Assembly (NCBI GenBank): GCA_046483985.1
Contig: JAWOCD010000090.1
Location: forward strand, 1 to 64,000
DNA length: 64,000 bases
From: Promethearchaeia archaeon
GTDB lineage: Archaea; Asgardarchaeota; Lokiarchaeia; Sigyniarchaeales; SOKP01
Reading direction: 5' to 3'
Every line of letters begins with the position of its first letter. Within the stretch, counting starts at the first letter, position 1. Positions 51,270-61,583 of this stretch are shown piece after piece. The translations under genes and the position numbers were made by a program. The notes beneath the pieces were generated by a model that was not told the origin of the DNA, searched no databases, and worked only from the letters and a program-made list of their open reading frames with translations.

Positions 51270-53423
51270 ATGTTTGAAAACTTAATGTTATTATTTCCAC
51301 TGGGTGCTGGTATACTTTCAATTGCATTAGCACTCTACTTCGCAAAAATCGTAATGGATGAGGACCCTGGAAATGAGAAAATGCAAGAGATAAGTGGCTA
51401 CATTGAATCTGGTTCTAAAACCTTTATTAAAGTTCAATATAAAGTTCTTACTCTTTTTGTTATAGGGCTTTCTATTGTAGTTTTATTATTATTTGAACCC
51501 GGGAAATTAAGTATCGCGCCTATGCTTTCATACCTTTTTGGATGTGCAGGCTCTATGTTAGCAGGATGGTTAGGAATGCTTGTTGGTGTCAAAGCCAATA
51601 CGAGAGCAGCTCAAGGATGCACGGTAAGTGCTAAAAAAGGCTTCGACATATCGTTTTTTGGAGGTTCCGTGATGGGACTTTCTGTAACGGGAGTTGCATT
51701 AATCGGTGTATCTCTGATTTATTGGGTTCTAGAACCGCAAGTAGGGTATTTAGACGCCACTAAAGCAGTATTGGGATTTAGTTTTGGCGCTAGTTCTATT
51801 GCTCTATTTATGAAATGCGGTGGGGGAATTTACACAAAGACAGCTGATGTAGGTGCTGATTTAGTAGGGAAAGCAGAGTATGATCTACCCGAAGATGACC
51901 CACGAAATCCTGCAGCCATTGCAGATAACGTTGGGGATAATGTTGGCGATATTGCCGGCATGGGCAGCGATTTATTTGATAGTTATGTTGCCGCAATTCT
52001 GGGATCAATGCTGTTAGCTGCAGTAGGAGGGTTCTTAGCTAATATCCTTCATCCTGGAACTGATGTACGGTTTTTTGTAATACTGCCTGTTTTATTGAAT
52101 GCATTTGGCTTATTTTCATCTGTATTAGGGATTTTCTTTATTAAACAATGGAAAACCGGCGATCCAAGTAAATTACTAAACTTTGGAACGTATTTTGCAA
52201 CCTTTTGCTTTGCTGGGCTTGCGGCTCTTTGTGTTCTTATTATGTCTCTCTTTATCAATCCAGCGGATATGCCGCTATTGTGGTCACTTTGGTTATGTGC
52301 CGTTATTGGATTACTAAGCGGTATAATCATCGGGTTAACTTCAGATTATTATACGCGTGAAGATAAAAAGCCAACACAGAATATAGCACATGCGGCTGAA
52401 GAAGGTGATGCAGTAGTTATCTTAAGCGGGTTTTCATATGGTTTAATTAGTGTGTTACCTCCGGCGATCGGGATTGTCGTAGCTACGGCTATTGCTTATA
52501 TTTTACCTTATCTTATCGCAGGGGGATCATTTATTGCTGGTGTATATGGTGTATCAATTGCAGGAACGGGGATGTTGGCGATTGTGGGTACCATTGTTTC
52601 TAATGATGCATATGGTCCAATTTGCGATAATGCTCGGGGTATAGCAGAACAAGGAGGATTGGATGAAGAGATTATTAGAATTGCTGACAGTCTTGATATG
52701 GCTGGAAATACGGCAAAAGCGATTACTAAAGGTTATGCCATCGGTGCAGCAAATCTTACTGTGTTAGCTTTGCTTTTTTCATTCTCCCAAGATGCTGGAA
52801 ATGCTCTTGATTTTATTGGCCTAGTTCCTAATGTTAACTTATTGACAATTAGTGTATTAATTGGTGCATTTTTAGGAGTAGTAGCTCCGGCATTATTCTC
52901 AGCAGTATTAATACTTGCAGTACAGAGAAATGCTGCTAAAATGGTCGATGAGATCAGGAGACAATTTGAGGAGGAACCAGGTATTCTCAAAGGAGAGGTG
53001 GCTGCAGACTTTAATAAGTGTATCGACATTGCAACAAAGGGATCCCTAAAGGAACTCATTATTCCGAGTATTATATCGATCGTAATGCCATTCTTAGTTG
53101 GAATTATTCTTGGTGTTGCAGCGCTTGCATCGTTTTTAGCGGGAGCAATTCTCTCTGGATTTGTATTTGGCATAATGATGAGTAATTCGGGCGGTGCATG
53201 GGATAATGCTAAAAAATGGATTGAAGATGGAAATTTAGGAGGGAAGGGTACACCAGCTCATAAAGCATCCATTACCGGAGATACAGTCGGAGATCCCTTT
53301 AAAGACACAGCGGGCCCATCCATTAACACACTTTTGGTGGTTATGTCCTTGACGGCATCGATATTCATTGCATTTTTCCTTGGAATTAATGGCGGAGCAG
53401 GTTTAATTGGCGCCCTATTATAA
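51270..53423 (+). CDS. hppA: Membrane-bound ion-translocating pyrophosphatase, predicted K+-independent H+-PPase
   Basis: GGGIYTKTADVGADLVGK.E..LPEDDPRNPA.IADNVGDNVGD, DAYGPI.DNA, GNTAKAITKG, GGAWDNAKK, GDTVGDPFKDT. Confidence 0.97.
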   Translation: MFENLMLLFPLGAGILSIALALYFAKIVMDEDPGNEKMQEISGYIESGSKTFIKVQYKVLTLFVIGLSIVVLLLFEPGKLSIAPMLSYLFGCAGSMLAGWLGMLVGVKANTRAAQGCTVSAKKGFDISFFGGSVMGLSVTGVALIGVSLIYWVLEPQVGYLDATKAVLGFSFGASSIALFMKCGGGIYTKTADVGADLVGKAEYDLPEDDPRNPAAIADNVGDNVGDIAGMGSDLFDSYVAAILGSMLLAAVGGFLANILHPGTDVRFFVILPVLLNAFGLFSSVLGIFFIKQWKTGDPSKLLNFGTYFATFCFAGLAALCVLIMSLFINPADMPLLWSLWLCAVIGLLSGIIIGLTSDYYTREDKKPTQNIAHAAEEGDAVVILSGFSYGLISVLPPAIGIVVATAIAYILPYLIAGGSFIAGVYGVSIAGTGMLAIVGTIVSNDAYGPICDNARGIAEQGGLDEEIIRIADSLDMAGNTAKAITKGYAIGAANLTVLALLFSFSQDAGNALDFIGLVPNVNLLTISVLIGAFLGVVAPALFSAVLILAVQRNAAKMVDEIRRQFEEEPGILKGEVAADFNKCIDIATKGSLKELIIPSIISIVMPFLVGIILGVAALASFLAGAILSGFVFGIMMSNSGGAWDNAKKWIEDGNLGGKGTPAHKASITGDTVGDPFKDTAGPSINTLLVVMSLTASIFIAFFLGINGGAGLIGALL

Positions 53424-53538
53424 ATAATTGAAAATAGTTCAAATTTTACAAAACGTAATAAACTTTTTTTTATTTTTTTATAACATTTTGTTACATTCCC
53501 GATATAGAATCTGAAAGTAATTATATTATAAAAGAATA

Positions 53539-53868
53539 TGACGGTTGAGATTTATACCCGCCCTTCTGTCTTACTTACGTCACCATAAGCAAGTGGAGCA
53601 TCCAACTAAGCGGCCTACCTAAAGCTCGTTCCAAGTTCTCATAGCTTTCATTTGGCCTTGCACCAAGGTCTCAATTCGTTCCAACCATTCCTTCTTGCGA
53701 TTTCCTTGGCTTATTTCCAAATCATTAATTTCTGCAAAAAGGCGGTGCCGTTTCTATTATTGAGACATGGTTCTCACCATAGTAACTTCCGTTACTTCTT
53801 GCTTGGAAATTGTGGGGCGAGGTTCCTCAGCGAAATTTTTCGCCGTTGGCTCCAAATCTCACACGTCA
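53539..53868 (-). ncRNA. rnpB: RNase P RNA (archaeal type)
   Basis: Minus strand: CR-I GAGGAACCUCGCCC, AGAAAC, UGGAAC, GGUGCAAGGCCAAAU, CCGCUUAG, CR-V ACAGAAGGGCGGGUAU. P4 ACC[U]CGCCC pairs with GGGCGGGU. P1 UGACGUGUGAGAUUU pairs with AAAUCUCAACCGUCA. Confidence 0.9.
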
Positions 53869-53889
53869 ATAATTTAAAGGAAATTGCAC

Positions 53890-53897
53890 TATTTAAA
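53890..53897 (-). promoter_or_regulatory. TATA box of rnpB (TTTAAATA)
   Basis: Lies 22-29 nt upstream of the predicted RNase P RNA 5' end. Confidence 0.6.
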
Positions 53898-53931
53898 CTC
53901 TTGGGTTAGAAACTCTAAGGGTTTAAACAGT

Positions 53932-54138
53932 TTAACTTCCTTGGACTAAATCAGCAAAATAGGAAAAACTTCTATTATAAGTTGCTTCAGCATCTTCGCT
54001 TATCTTTGCAAACGCACACCCTGGAAGTTCATTTCTTCCCAGATGGTATTCTATACATTCGCAACACTTTCCGCGTCTGCTGCATGAGTACGTACACGAA
54101 CATCCATCCTTTCTTTCATCTTGATTACATTCGGCCAT
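53932..54138 (-). CDS. Small Cys-rich protein (DUF6485-like)
   Basis: C.CTY.CSRRGKCCEC..YH....ELPGC...AEATYNRS. Confidence 0.8.
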   Translation of the reverse strand: MAECNQDERKDGCSCTYSCSRRGKCCECIEYHLGRNELPGCAFAKISEDAEATYNRSFSYFADLVQGS

Positions 54139-54234
54139 ATTTGATCAATTTAGTTTATTATTTCTATTTTACTAAATAAAATCTTTTATACCTAAAAAAG
54201 GCTTCAAGGCTAAAGATCTTTATTTGCCAACAAA

Positions 54235-55356
54235 TTACATCAAAAGTTGTAAGAACGATTTATTCCCGATTTTATGTCTTTCCTTGAAATCTTTATTTCC
54301 CACTTTTTCCAGTTTAATGGCGTTATTAGGGCAATTTGCTGCACATATGCCGCACCCAATGCAAAATTCTTCTTTTATATACATATGTTCGTCGGATTTA
54401 TCCTCTTTTTCGGGCCAGTGATGATAAATTGCGTGCATTGGACATTTATTTAGACAAATCTTGCAGTTGGTGCAGAGATCATCGTTAAATTGCGGTTTGA
54501 AATTACTCGGAACGGTCGCCGTTGTCTTATGCTCTTTCCCGGAAATTAACGTTCCGCAATGGCAACTACAACAATTGCAAATGATTAGAGAAGATTCAAG
54601 ACTAGAATCTGCAACACAATTATGTACCAATCCCGCTTCCTCTGTTTTCTTGATAAACTCAATTGCCTCATCCTTAGTCATACTTTTTCCGCCTGCATCA
54701 ATTATGGATTTGGCAACAATCCCCGTTAGAAAACATCCTAATTCTGACGAAGCCACTTCGCAAGGATCTCCGGTGAGTTCTCCGATTAGCCGACACTGGC
54801 AAGGGACCGTTGTGAAATATTCGTTTTCTTCGATAATCTCTTCAATTAGTTCATAGGACAATACATGATTTTCCACATCTAATGTTTCATCCACCTTTAT
54901 TAATTTTTCTTTTGCATCGAGCGGTAACCGCGGTCGGAATAATTTAAAGTCAGTCTCAATATAAAAGCTAGGCAGAAAATTTTGAAAGAGAAAGCGGTAG
55001 ATTTCCGCAACTTTTTTAAGATTCTCTTCCGTGTCATTCCGTCGGATAAAATATTGTTCAAAAATACCGGGAACTAAGGGGAGAAGCGTATATTTTGAAC
55101 CGATTTTTGTGATGGTCTTCTTTCGCAGCGGTTTTTTGAGCACTTTTTTGAGTTTATCTCTTTCCAATCCCGTTCTCTTCATTAATTCCTTTAAACTGGT
55201 TGGTTTATCACAACTATTGAATTGGGAGAGGACGTTTGCCTCCTCTTCATTCCAAAAGAGTTTCAGTAATTGAAAGACTTTTGGATGTTTTGGGGCATAT
55301 AGTTTTCCTAACTTAAGTTTTTGACGAATTTGTTCATAATAATCTGTTTCTACCAT
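54235..55356 (-). CDS. 4Fe-4S dicluster protein with N-terminal wHTH-like domain
   Basis: C.CR, E.GLVH, ICNCCSCHC, two CxxCxxCxxxCP; start placed at ATG 55356. Confidence 0.88.
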   Translation of the reverse strand: MVETDYYEQIRQKLKLGKLYAPKHPKVFQLLKLFWNEEEANVLSQFNSCDKPTSLKELMKRTGLERDKLKKVLKKPLRKKTITKIGSKYTLLPLVPGIFEQYFIRRNDTEENLKKVAEIYRFLFQNFLPSFYIETDFKLFRPRLPLDAKEKLIKVDETLDVENHVLSYELIEEIIEENEYFTTVPCQCRLIGELTGDPCEVASSELGCFLTGIVAKSIIDAGGKSMTKDEAIEFIKKTEEAGLVHNCVADSSLESSLIICNCCSCHCGTLISGKEHKTTATVPSNFKPQFNDDLCTNCKICLNKCPMHAIYHHWPEKEDKSDEHMYIKEEFCIGCGICAANCPNNAIKLEKVGNKDFKERHKIGNKSFLQLLM

Positions 55357-55500
55357 GAATGAAGAGAAAAGCGCGTGATTTAAATAATTTTTGATCGGTG
55401 GACCATTGCATAATTGCAATTATTTTTGATGATTCTTTATTATATTTATGGTAGGTTACAAACTTAGTTTAAGTTTGTAAAATAATAAAGAAAATAATAT

Positions 55501-56538
55501 TTGAGAGAGATAAACTTGCAAAAAGAAATCATTAAAAAATCAAAGTTATTGGACAAAGAGGGAAAATTAAAACAGAAAGGATGGGCAAGGGAATTACTAT
55601 TAGATTATAATCGAGAGGAGATTGCGGCAAGTTGGTTACGTATCAAAGAATGGGATTATTATGCTGTGCTGAGTCCTAATTACGGAATTACTTTTACGGT
55701 CACTGATTTAGGCTATATTGGGTTGATCACGGTGGTTTGGTTAGATTTTCAAGAAAAGGATTATATTCAAGAGGAGGAGATGGTCTTTTTGCCCCGCGGC
55801 AATTTTGATCTCCCCGAATCTTCGAAAGTGGGAAATATTGAACTTCATAAGAAAGGGATTGACTTGGAATTTATCAGAGAACGGGAAAAGCGTGTGCTTA
55901 AAGTTGATTTTCCCGCCTTCAAGGATGAAAAAGGTCTAAAAGCGGAATTGGAACTTGAACAGGATCCACGTGCGGATTCAATGGTTATTGTTTCTGATTG
56001 GAAAGAAAAACCGACCCGATTTTATTACAATCAAAAGATTAATTGTATGCCATGTCTCGGAAAGGTGCAGATTGGGGATAATTCATATGAATTTGAGAAA
56101 GACTCGAGTTTTGGCGTCTTGGATTGGGGGAGGGGCGTGTGGACCTATAAAAATACTTGGTATTGGGGATCTGCGTCTACAAAGATTAACGATACGCTCA
56201 TAGGTTGGAATTTAGGTTATGGATTTAGTGATAGAAGTAAGGCTACGGAAAATGCCATTTTTTATAATGGGAAAGCACATAAATTAGATAAGGTTACCTT
56301 TCGTTTTGATGAGAACGCCTTGCTAAAACCGTGGGAAATTACAAGCAACGATGACAGATTTGGAATGGAATTTACCCCTCTTTTTGACCGGAATTCTCAG
56401 TTCAATCTACTAATCTTAAAAAGCATTCAGCATCAAGTTTTTGGATACTATTCGGGTTATTTTGTGCTTGATAATGGAGAGAAGGTAGAGGTAGACAACA
56501 TTTTGGGGTTTGCCGAGAAAGTATATAATAAATGGTGA
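55501..56538 (+). CDS. DUF2804 family protein
   Basis: GWAR, KEWDYY, FYYNQKINC, LDWGRGVW, W.W, QHQVFG, GFAE...N.W. Confidence 0.88.
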   Translation: MREINLQKEIIKKSKLLDKEGKLKQKGWARELLLDYNREEIAASWLRIKEWDYYAVLSPNYGITFTVTDLGYIGLITVVWLDFQEKDYIQEEEMVFLPRGNFDLPESSKVGNIELHKKGIDLEFIREREKRVLKVDFPAFKDEKGLKAELELEQDPRADSMVIVSDWKEKPTRFYYNQKINCMPCLGKVQIGDNSYEFEKDSSFGVLDWGRGVWTYKNTWYWGSASTKINDTLIGWNLGYGFSDRSKATENAIFYNGKAHKLDKVTFRFDENALLKPWEITSNDDRFGMEFTPLFDRNSQFNLLILKSIQHQVFGYYSGYFVLDNGEKVEVDNILGFAEKVYNKW

Positions 56539-56583
56539 AGCAAAAATAAGCATTTTGGAAAAATTAAGGAAGAAATTTTATGA

Positions 56584-56700
56584 CTATTCAACGATAGTGA
56601 ATGTTCCATCGGTCGCCCCACATTCTGGACATTCCATCCCCTCTTCTGGGAGTCCGTCATATTCGAATATAGCTTCGCATTTATCACATTTTAATTTCAT
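56584..56700 (-). CDS. 38-aa rubredoxin-like/CPxCG zinc-finger microprotein (not in ORF track)
   Basis: MKLKCDKCEAIFEYDGLPEEGMECPECGATDGTFTIVE*; ATG start with purine-rich upstream sequence. Confidence 0.85.
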   Translation of the reverse strand: MKLKCDKCEAIFEYDGLPEEGMECPECGATDGTFTIVE

Positions 56701-56925
56701 TTTACTATCCAACTCTTTTTAAAATATTCAATATCCCTTTAAGACAAATAACAATAAACAAGATAAAAATTAAAATTTTTGGAATACCTTAATCATCCTA
56801 CCCATATTTAAATAGGTATTCATAAATAAAGAAAAGTAAAAGAGATATGGGAATAACTATACCTCATTGCTTTTAAACCAAATTTTGTATATATTAATTA
56901 CAATATTTAAGAGGTAAAAAAAAGT

Positions 56926-57606
56926 ATGAAGAAATTGTCAAAAGTACTCTTTGCGGGATTGGTGATTCTTTCGTTCTTCATGATGTTCGGCAATTCATTT
57001 GTAGTGGCTGCAGAGGATACTCAGGATGTCAATGGTGATAATGTTCAGAAAAATATTCAAGCAAATGAGTCCGTTCAATTTCGATTTCGCGAGAGAACAC
57101 AGATTCGAATAAGAACGAATGCCACTATGTCCGCTAATATTGATTGTGATGCACGACAAATTGGAAATAAAGACTTCGAGATAGATGTTGATTCGGAGAA
57201 GGATCTCGAGATGAACATGACTGCTAGAGAAGAGCAAGAAGAACTTGGGTTACAAAAAGGAAATTCCTACCAGATGAGAAATCGGAATCGATATCAATAT
57301 CAAGAAGGATTTGCCGTAAATATTTCAACGAACAGTACTGACGGGCTCAACGCAAAATTGAAACTCGAAAAAACGGAAGAGAATCAAAACTCAAAGTGGG
57401 CATACTATGATGAATCCGAACAAGAATGGGTAACGGTGGACACAACCGAAGAAGATGGATACTTGGTTGCAGAAACAGATCATTTCTCAACGTGGACTTT
57501 GCTTACTCCAGAAGATAATACATTGATCTATATCGGGATTGGGATTGGAGCCGCAGCCGCCGTGATCTTAGGCATTACGTATGTCATCATGAAGAGAAGG
57601 AAATAA
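56926..57606 (+). CDS. Secreted, C-terminally anchored surface protein with juxtamembrane HFS motif
   Basis: Signal peptide; WAYYDE...W...; ETDHFSTW; TM helix plus KRRK. Confidence 0.85.
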   Translation: MKKLSKVLFAGLVILSFFMMFGNSFVVAAEDTQDVNGDNVQKNIQANESVQFRFRERTQIRIRTNATMSANIDCDARQIGNKDFEIDVDSEKDLEMNMTAREEQEELGLQKGNSYQMRNRNRYQYQEGFAVNISTNSTDGLNAKLKLEKTEENQNSKWAYYDESEQEWVTVDTTEEDGYLVAETDHFSTWTLLTPEDNTLIYIGIGIGAAAAVILGITYVIMKRRK

Positions 57607-57687
57607 TTATTTTTTTTTAATAACCAAGTTTTTATTTTTTTATTTTATTTAACACTTACATTATCGATCTGTTATACTTAATTTGCT

Positions 57688-58950
57688 ATGGAAAAAACCA
57701 TCTCAGAACTTCGGAAAAGAAACATCATTTGTATTTTTACTATCTTATTACTTATTTTTGAATTTACTTTTTTGATGAGCCTTGTATTGGCAAGGGAAGA
57801 AGAAGTATCTGGCTATTCCAAAGAAGATACGATTCATTCTAATGAGAATGTCTTATATCGATTCTCCAATGATATCAACTTAGGAATGACTTCAGATGTA
57901 CATACAGAAGTAGATATCACGTATGAAAAGTCTATCCAAAATCGTCATGCCTCGATAATGATTCGAAATAATGAAACCGGCTCGAGTAATGATTCTCTCG
58001 CTTTAGATATTGACAATCGGGAATCAATGAAAGAAGGTTATGGATTTTCTAAGGCTCCTGACGCTCCTAAAAACAATAGAAAGCAATTTAGATACAGATA
58101 TAACTCCATTTTTCGCCTTACTTCAAACAGTTCTATTAATAAATTTACCTTCCGCTTCGAAAAAAATAGTCAATACGGCTTAGAGGCGGATAAAGGATAC
58201 ACTATAGCCGTATTTACAGAGGGGGGGGATTCATGGGAATCAATCTCAACGGAAGAGATTTCTGAGAATTCTACTACCTATTTGGAAGCCAGCTTTACAG
58301 ATATATCTTCAGACACCCAATATTATTTTACCGTATACGAAGAGGAGCAAGGAATATTTGGGTGGATATGGCCCCTTATTATTATTGGCATCATTGGATT
58401 GGTGGGATTGGTATTAATTCTTTCCAAAAAGGAATATATCCAAATTTTGAAACGTCGAACTACTCCAGTAGATAAGGGGTCACATAGATTATCGTTGGAA
58501 GAAGTGTTAGAAAATGAAAACCGCAGCACGATTATTGATTTAATTTTGGAAAATCCGGGAGTACATTTTAACGAACTCCTCAGAGAAACCGAACTTTCGC
58601 CGGGCAATTTAGTGTGGCATTTAGATATTCTAGAGAAATATGAAATCATTGGAAAAAAACATATCTCGAATTACGTAGTCTATTTTCCCTATTACCAGAA
58701 GAACCCTATTTCTAATTTGGATTTGAAATTGAGGAAAAGTGAATTAACCCTAAAAGTGTTGGAATTAATTGAAGAAAAACCAGGTCTATGGAATAATAAA
58801 ATGGCCGATATCTTCGATGTAGATCATAAGACCACGAAATACCACCTTGATAAACTCATGGAACTTAACTTAATTTTTGCGGAAAAAGATGGCCGAAAGA
58901 AAAAATATTATCCCAATTTGGAAAACGAATATTTCAATAATTCGGATTAA
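57688..58950 (+). CDS. Transmembrane one-component regulator: extracellular domain, TM, two winged HTH domains
   Basis: Signal peptide, TM WIWPLIIIG..., VLENENRS.I...I..NPG.HFNEL......G.L.WHL..L, second HTH YHL.KL. Confidence 0.88.
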   Translation: MEKTISELRKRNIICIFTILLLIFEFTFLMSLVLAREEEVSGYSKEDTIHSNENVLYRFSNDINLGMTSDVHTEVDITYEKSIQNRHASIMIRNNETGSSNDSLALDIDNRESMKEGYGFSKAPDAPKNNRKQFRYRYNSIFRLTSNSSINKFTFRFEKNSQYGLEADKGYTIAVFTEGGDSWESISTEEISENSTTYLEASFTDISSDTQYYFTVYEEEQGIFGWIWPLIIIGIIGLVGLVLILSKKEYIQILKRRTTPVDKGSHRLSLEEVLENENRSTIIDLILENPGVHFNELLRETELSPGNLVWHLDILEKYEIIGKKHISNYVVYFPYYQKNPISNLDLKLRKSELTLKVLELIEEKPGLWNNKMADIFDVDHKTTKYHLDKLMELNLIFAEKDGRKKKYYPNLENEYFNNSD

Positions 58951-59803
58951 GGATCTTAATCTCAGGAGCTTCATCTTCATATAAAAGTTCAATATCTTCT
59001 CGACTTAATTTTATATCAGCTGCCTCTGCATTGTCCTTAACGTGATTTAAATGAAAAGCTTTAGGGATAGTAATGACGTTTTCATGATTAATAAGCCATG
59101 CGATTGCGATTTGTTGGATGGTGGCATTATATTTGGATGCTAATGTATCAAGTTTTTTCCTTAACTCTTCGCTTAAGTCAGTATATCCGCTATGCCCCAG
59201 AGGACTGTAGGCGGTCATAGTGATATTGTGTTCTTGATAATAGGGAAGTGATTTATACATATGTTTTTGCTTGGTAAAGCTCGCATTGAGTTGATTGTTG
59301 ACTAGTTCCTCCTTTTTTAGAGCAGATTGGGCTTTTTTGAATTTTTTTATAGAAAAATTACTGACGCCGATATATCTCGTTTTTCCCTCATTAACTAATT
59401 CTTCTAATACCTTCATCTGTTTCGTGATGGAAACTAAAAAGTTGGGCCAATGAATCAAATATAAGTCGAAATATTTTATCCCCAATCGTTCGAGACTCTT
59501 TTCTGCGGCTTTTTTCATACCATGGTGAAAAATATGCATGGGAAATAATTTACTCGTTATAAATAGATTCTCTCTTCCATATTCTTCGATAATCTCGCCT
59601 ACTACCTTTTCAGCTTTTCCTAACCCATACATTTCTGCCGTGTCAATATGAGTCATTCCCAATTCAATCCCCTTCCGCAAGGAATCTTTCCATTGCTCGT
59701 AATATTCGTTATCCTTAAAAAATCGCTTTATCCCCCATGTTCCTTGTCCAAGAATGGGAATCTTCTCTCCCGTTTTTCCTAATTCCACATTTTTTATTGT
59801 CAT
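58934..59803 (-). CDS. Aldo/keto reductase
   Basis: LGQGTW, IDTAEMYG, FITSK, DLYLIHWP, YIGVSNF, AYSPL, IPKA. Confidence 0.95.
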   Translation of the reverse strand: MTIKNVELGKTGEKIPILGQGTWGIKRFFKDNEYYEQWKDSLRKGIELGMTHIDTAEMYGLGKAEKVVGEIIEEYGRENLFITSKLFPMHIFHHGMKKAAEKSLERLGIKYFDLYLIHWPNFLVSITKQMKVLEELVNEGKTRYIGVSNFSIKKFKKAQSALKKEELVNNQLNASFTKQKHMYKSLPYYQEHNITMTAYSPLGHSGYTDLSEELRKKLDTLASKYNATIQQIAIAWLINHENVITIPKAFHLNHVKDNAEAADIKLSREDIELLYEDEAPEIKILNPNY

Positions 59804-59989
59804 ATTACTATTTGATTTATTTACGCTTTTAAGTATTCTTTTTAGATATTATTAATAATTTTCTTTCATGAAGTTTTAAACCTAAAGACTTCAATTTGAG
59901 CCATAGCAAGGAAATTATCTTGGTTATTATTTTGCGATAATTTTTTTCGATCTAAGTAACCCCAATCTTCCCGAATATTAGGGAAATTA

Positions 59990-61288
59990 TTATCCCATGA
60001 AAAAGATAAGAACAAACAAAAATCCTATTATGCAAAGCATATTTATTAGTGTCATTAAAAACCCGACAACCAACAACCTTCGATAATTTAAATTTTTTAC
60101 ATGTGATTTTTCAGCAATTTCAAGCGTTGCCATATGAGCAATTGCCCCTTGCGGAATCAAGTTCCCTCCTATATGAATTCCAAAAAGAAATATAAAGAAA
60201 AGCGGATTTGCTGGCAGTCCCTCCGATATTAACGTATCTATAATCGGCAGAAAAATTAAGGTAGTTGGTGTGTTTGAAACAAAGGCAGACATTATGCTTA
60301 TGATGAAGAATAAAAGGATATACAACAAAATAGGTTCTAGCTTTCCAAAAGCGAACTGTTGGAATATATCTTTAAACCCCGCCTCTAAAAGACAGCCGAT
60401 TATAATATATAATGATATAAGGAAAAATAATATTTCCCAATCTACATCTTTTAACATATCACTCAAAGATTCTCCTGTATATCTCTTGTTTAAATATACG
60501 AGGACTAACGATCCAATTCCCGCCGTCAGATATAACAAGGGCAGAAATAAGAATAGGATGATGATAATCAAGATTGCAACAGTATTTAAGTAAAACATTT
60601 TTTTATTTTTTATCAAGACCTCGGAATCTATTAAATCTAACATAAATTCTTTCTGTTGAGGTTCTATGCTCGGTTCTTTACTAAGCAAAAATTTATCTAA
60701 TAAAAACATCATTAAAAAAAGTAGGATAAAAGAAAAAATCCAAAGATATTTGATAAAAAATGAAGTATCCAATCCGTAATAAGTTGAGATGATAATATTT
60801 TCACTACTTCCAAACGGAGTTAGTATAGACCCAATTTTAACCCCTAGTGTCATTCCAATTAAATATGTGCCCGCATTTACTTTTAAGTGACGACAAAGAC
60901 GAATAATGACTGGTGCTAATATAAGAATTACCACCACATCACTTACAATTCCTGCTAATAAGGCGGTTAAGAGCATTAACAAAAAAAAGAAATATCTGAC
61001 TTTTCCCCTAACGATTTGGAATAATCTTACCGCCAGAAATTCTAAGATATTGGACTCGACTGCGATTTCTGTTATTAAACTCATACTTAATATGATTATG
61101 ATTGCTTGCCATTCGACATGACCAATAAACACGTCTAGATCTATCCCAAGAACCAAGCCAGTGATGGTCGCAGCAATAAACGCACCTAATAAGGAGATTA
61201 AAACAAAATCTACTCCTTCCATTGCGTAAGAGGCTAAAATAATCCCAAAAATAATAAATATGATAATTATAAGGGGGATATTCATCAT
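59990..61288 (-). CDS. ArsB/NhaD/SLC13 (ion transporter superfamily) permease
   Basis: GS.LTPFG...NII, VDWE.LFF, SAFVSNTP, GGNL.P.G. Confidence 0.88.
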   Translation of the reverse strand: MMNIPLIIIIFIIFGIILASYAMEGVDFVLISLLGAFIAATITGLVLGIDLDVFIGHVEWQAIIIILSMSLITEIAVESNILEFLAVRLFQIVRGKVRYFFFLLMLLTALLAGIVSDVVVILILAPVIIRLCRHLKVNAGTYLIGMTLGVKIGSILTPFGSSENIIISTYYGLDTSFFIKYLWIFSFILLFLMMFLLDKFLLSKEPSIEPQQKEFMLDLIDSEVLIKNKKMFYLNTVAILIIIILFLFLPLLYLTAGIGSLVLVYLNKRYTGESLSDMLKDVDWEILFFLISLYIIIGCLLEAGFKDIFQQFAFGKLEPILLYILLFFIISIMSAFVSNTPTTLIFLPIIDTLISEGLPANPLFFIFLFGIHIGGNLIPQGAIAHMATLEIAEKSHVKNLNYRRLLVVGFLMTLINMLCIIGFLFVLIFFMG

Positions 61289-61423
61289 AGTTCGGCAAGG
61301 AATTGACTGTTTTAAGTATCTTTTATTAAAAATTATTAATAATTTTTTTTAAACAAATTTCTTGATATTCAAGGGTTGATAAATTTTCTTCGTTAAATTT
61401 TCCTCGCCTATGGAATTTTTTAC

Positions 61424-61472
61424 CACTAGAGTGCGAGAAAGTACCGTCCTTTAGGGCGGTGATGAGTCGCAC
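61424..61472 (+). mobile_element. IS200/IS605 left-end remnant E13 (LE family 1)
   Basis: TTTAC|CACTAGA GTGCGA..ACCGTCCT TT AGGGCGGT..TCGCAC nested hairpin. Confidence 0.85.
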
Positions 61473-61583
61473 ATATCTTTATGAATAATAGTGACTATTA
61501 TTTAGGTATTAAACAAGGACATTATCATTATTAAATTATCTTGATTCAATTAAACAAAAATTCCCATAGGATATCTAAAACAA

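Noticed and set aside
53652-53909. 85-aa ORF
   Set aside because: Overlaps the RNase P RNA on the opposite strand; no protein motif.
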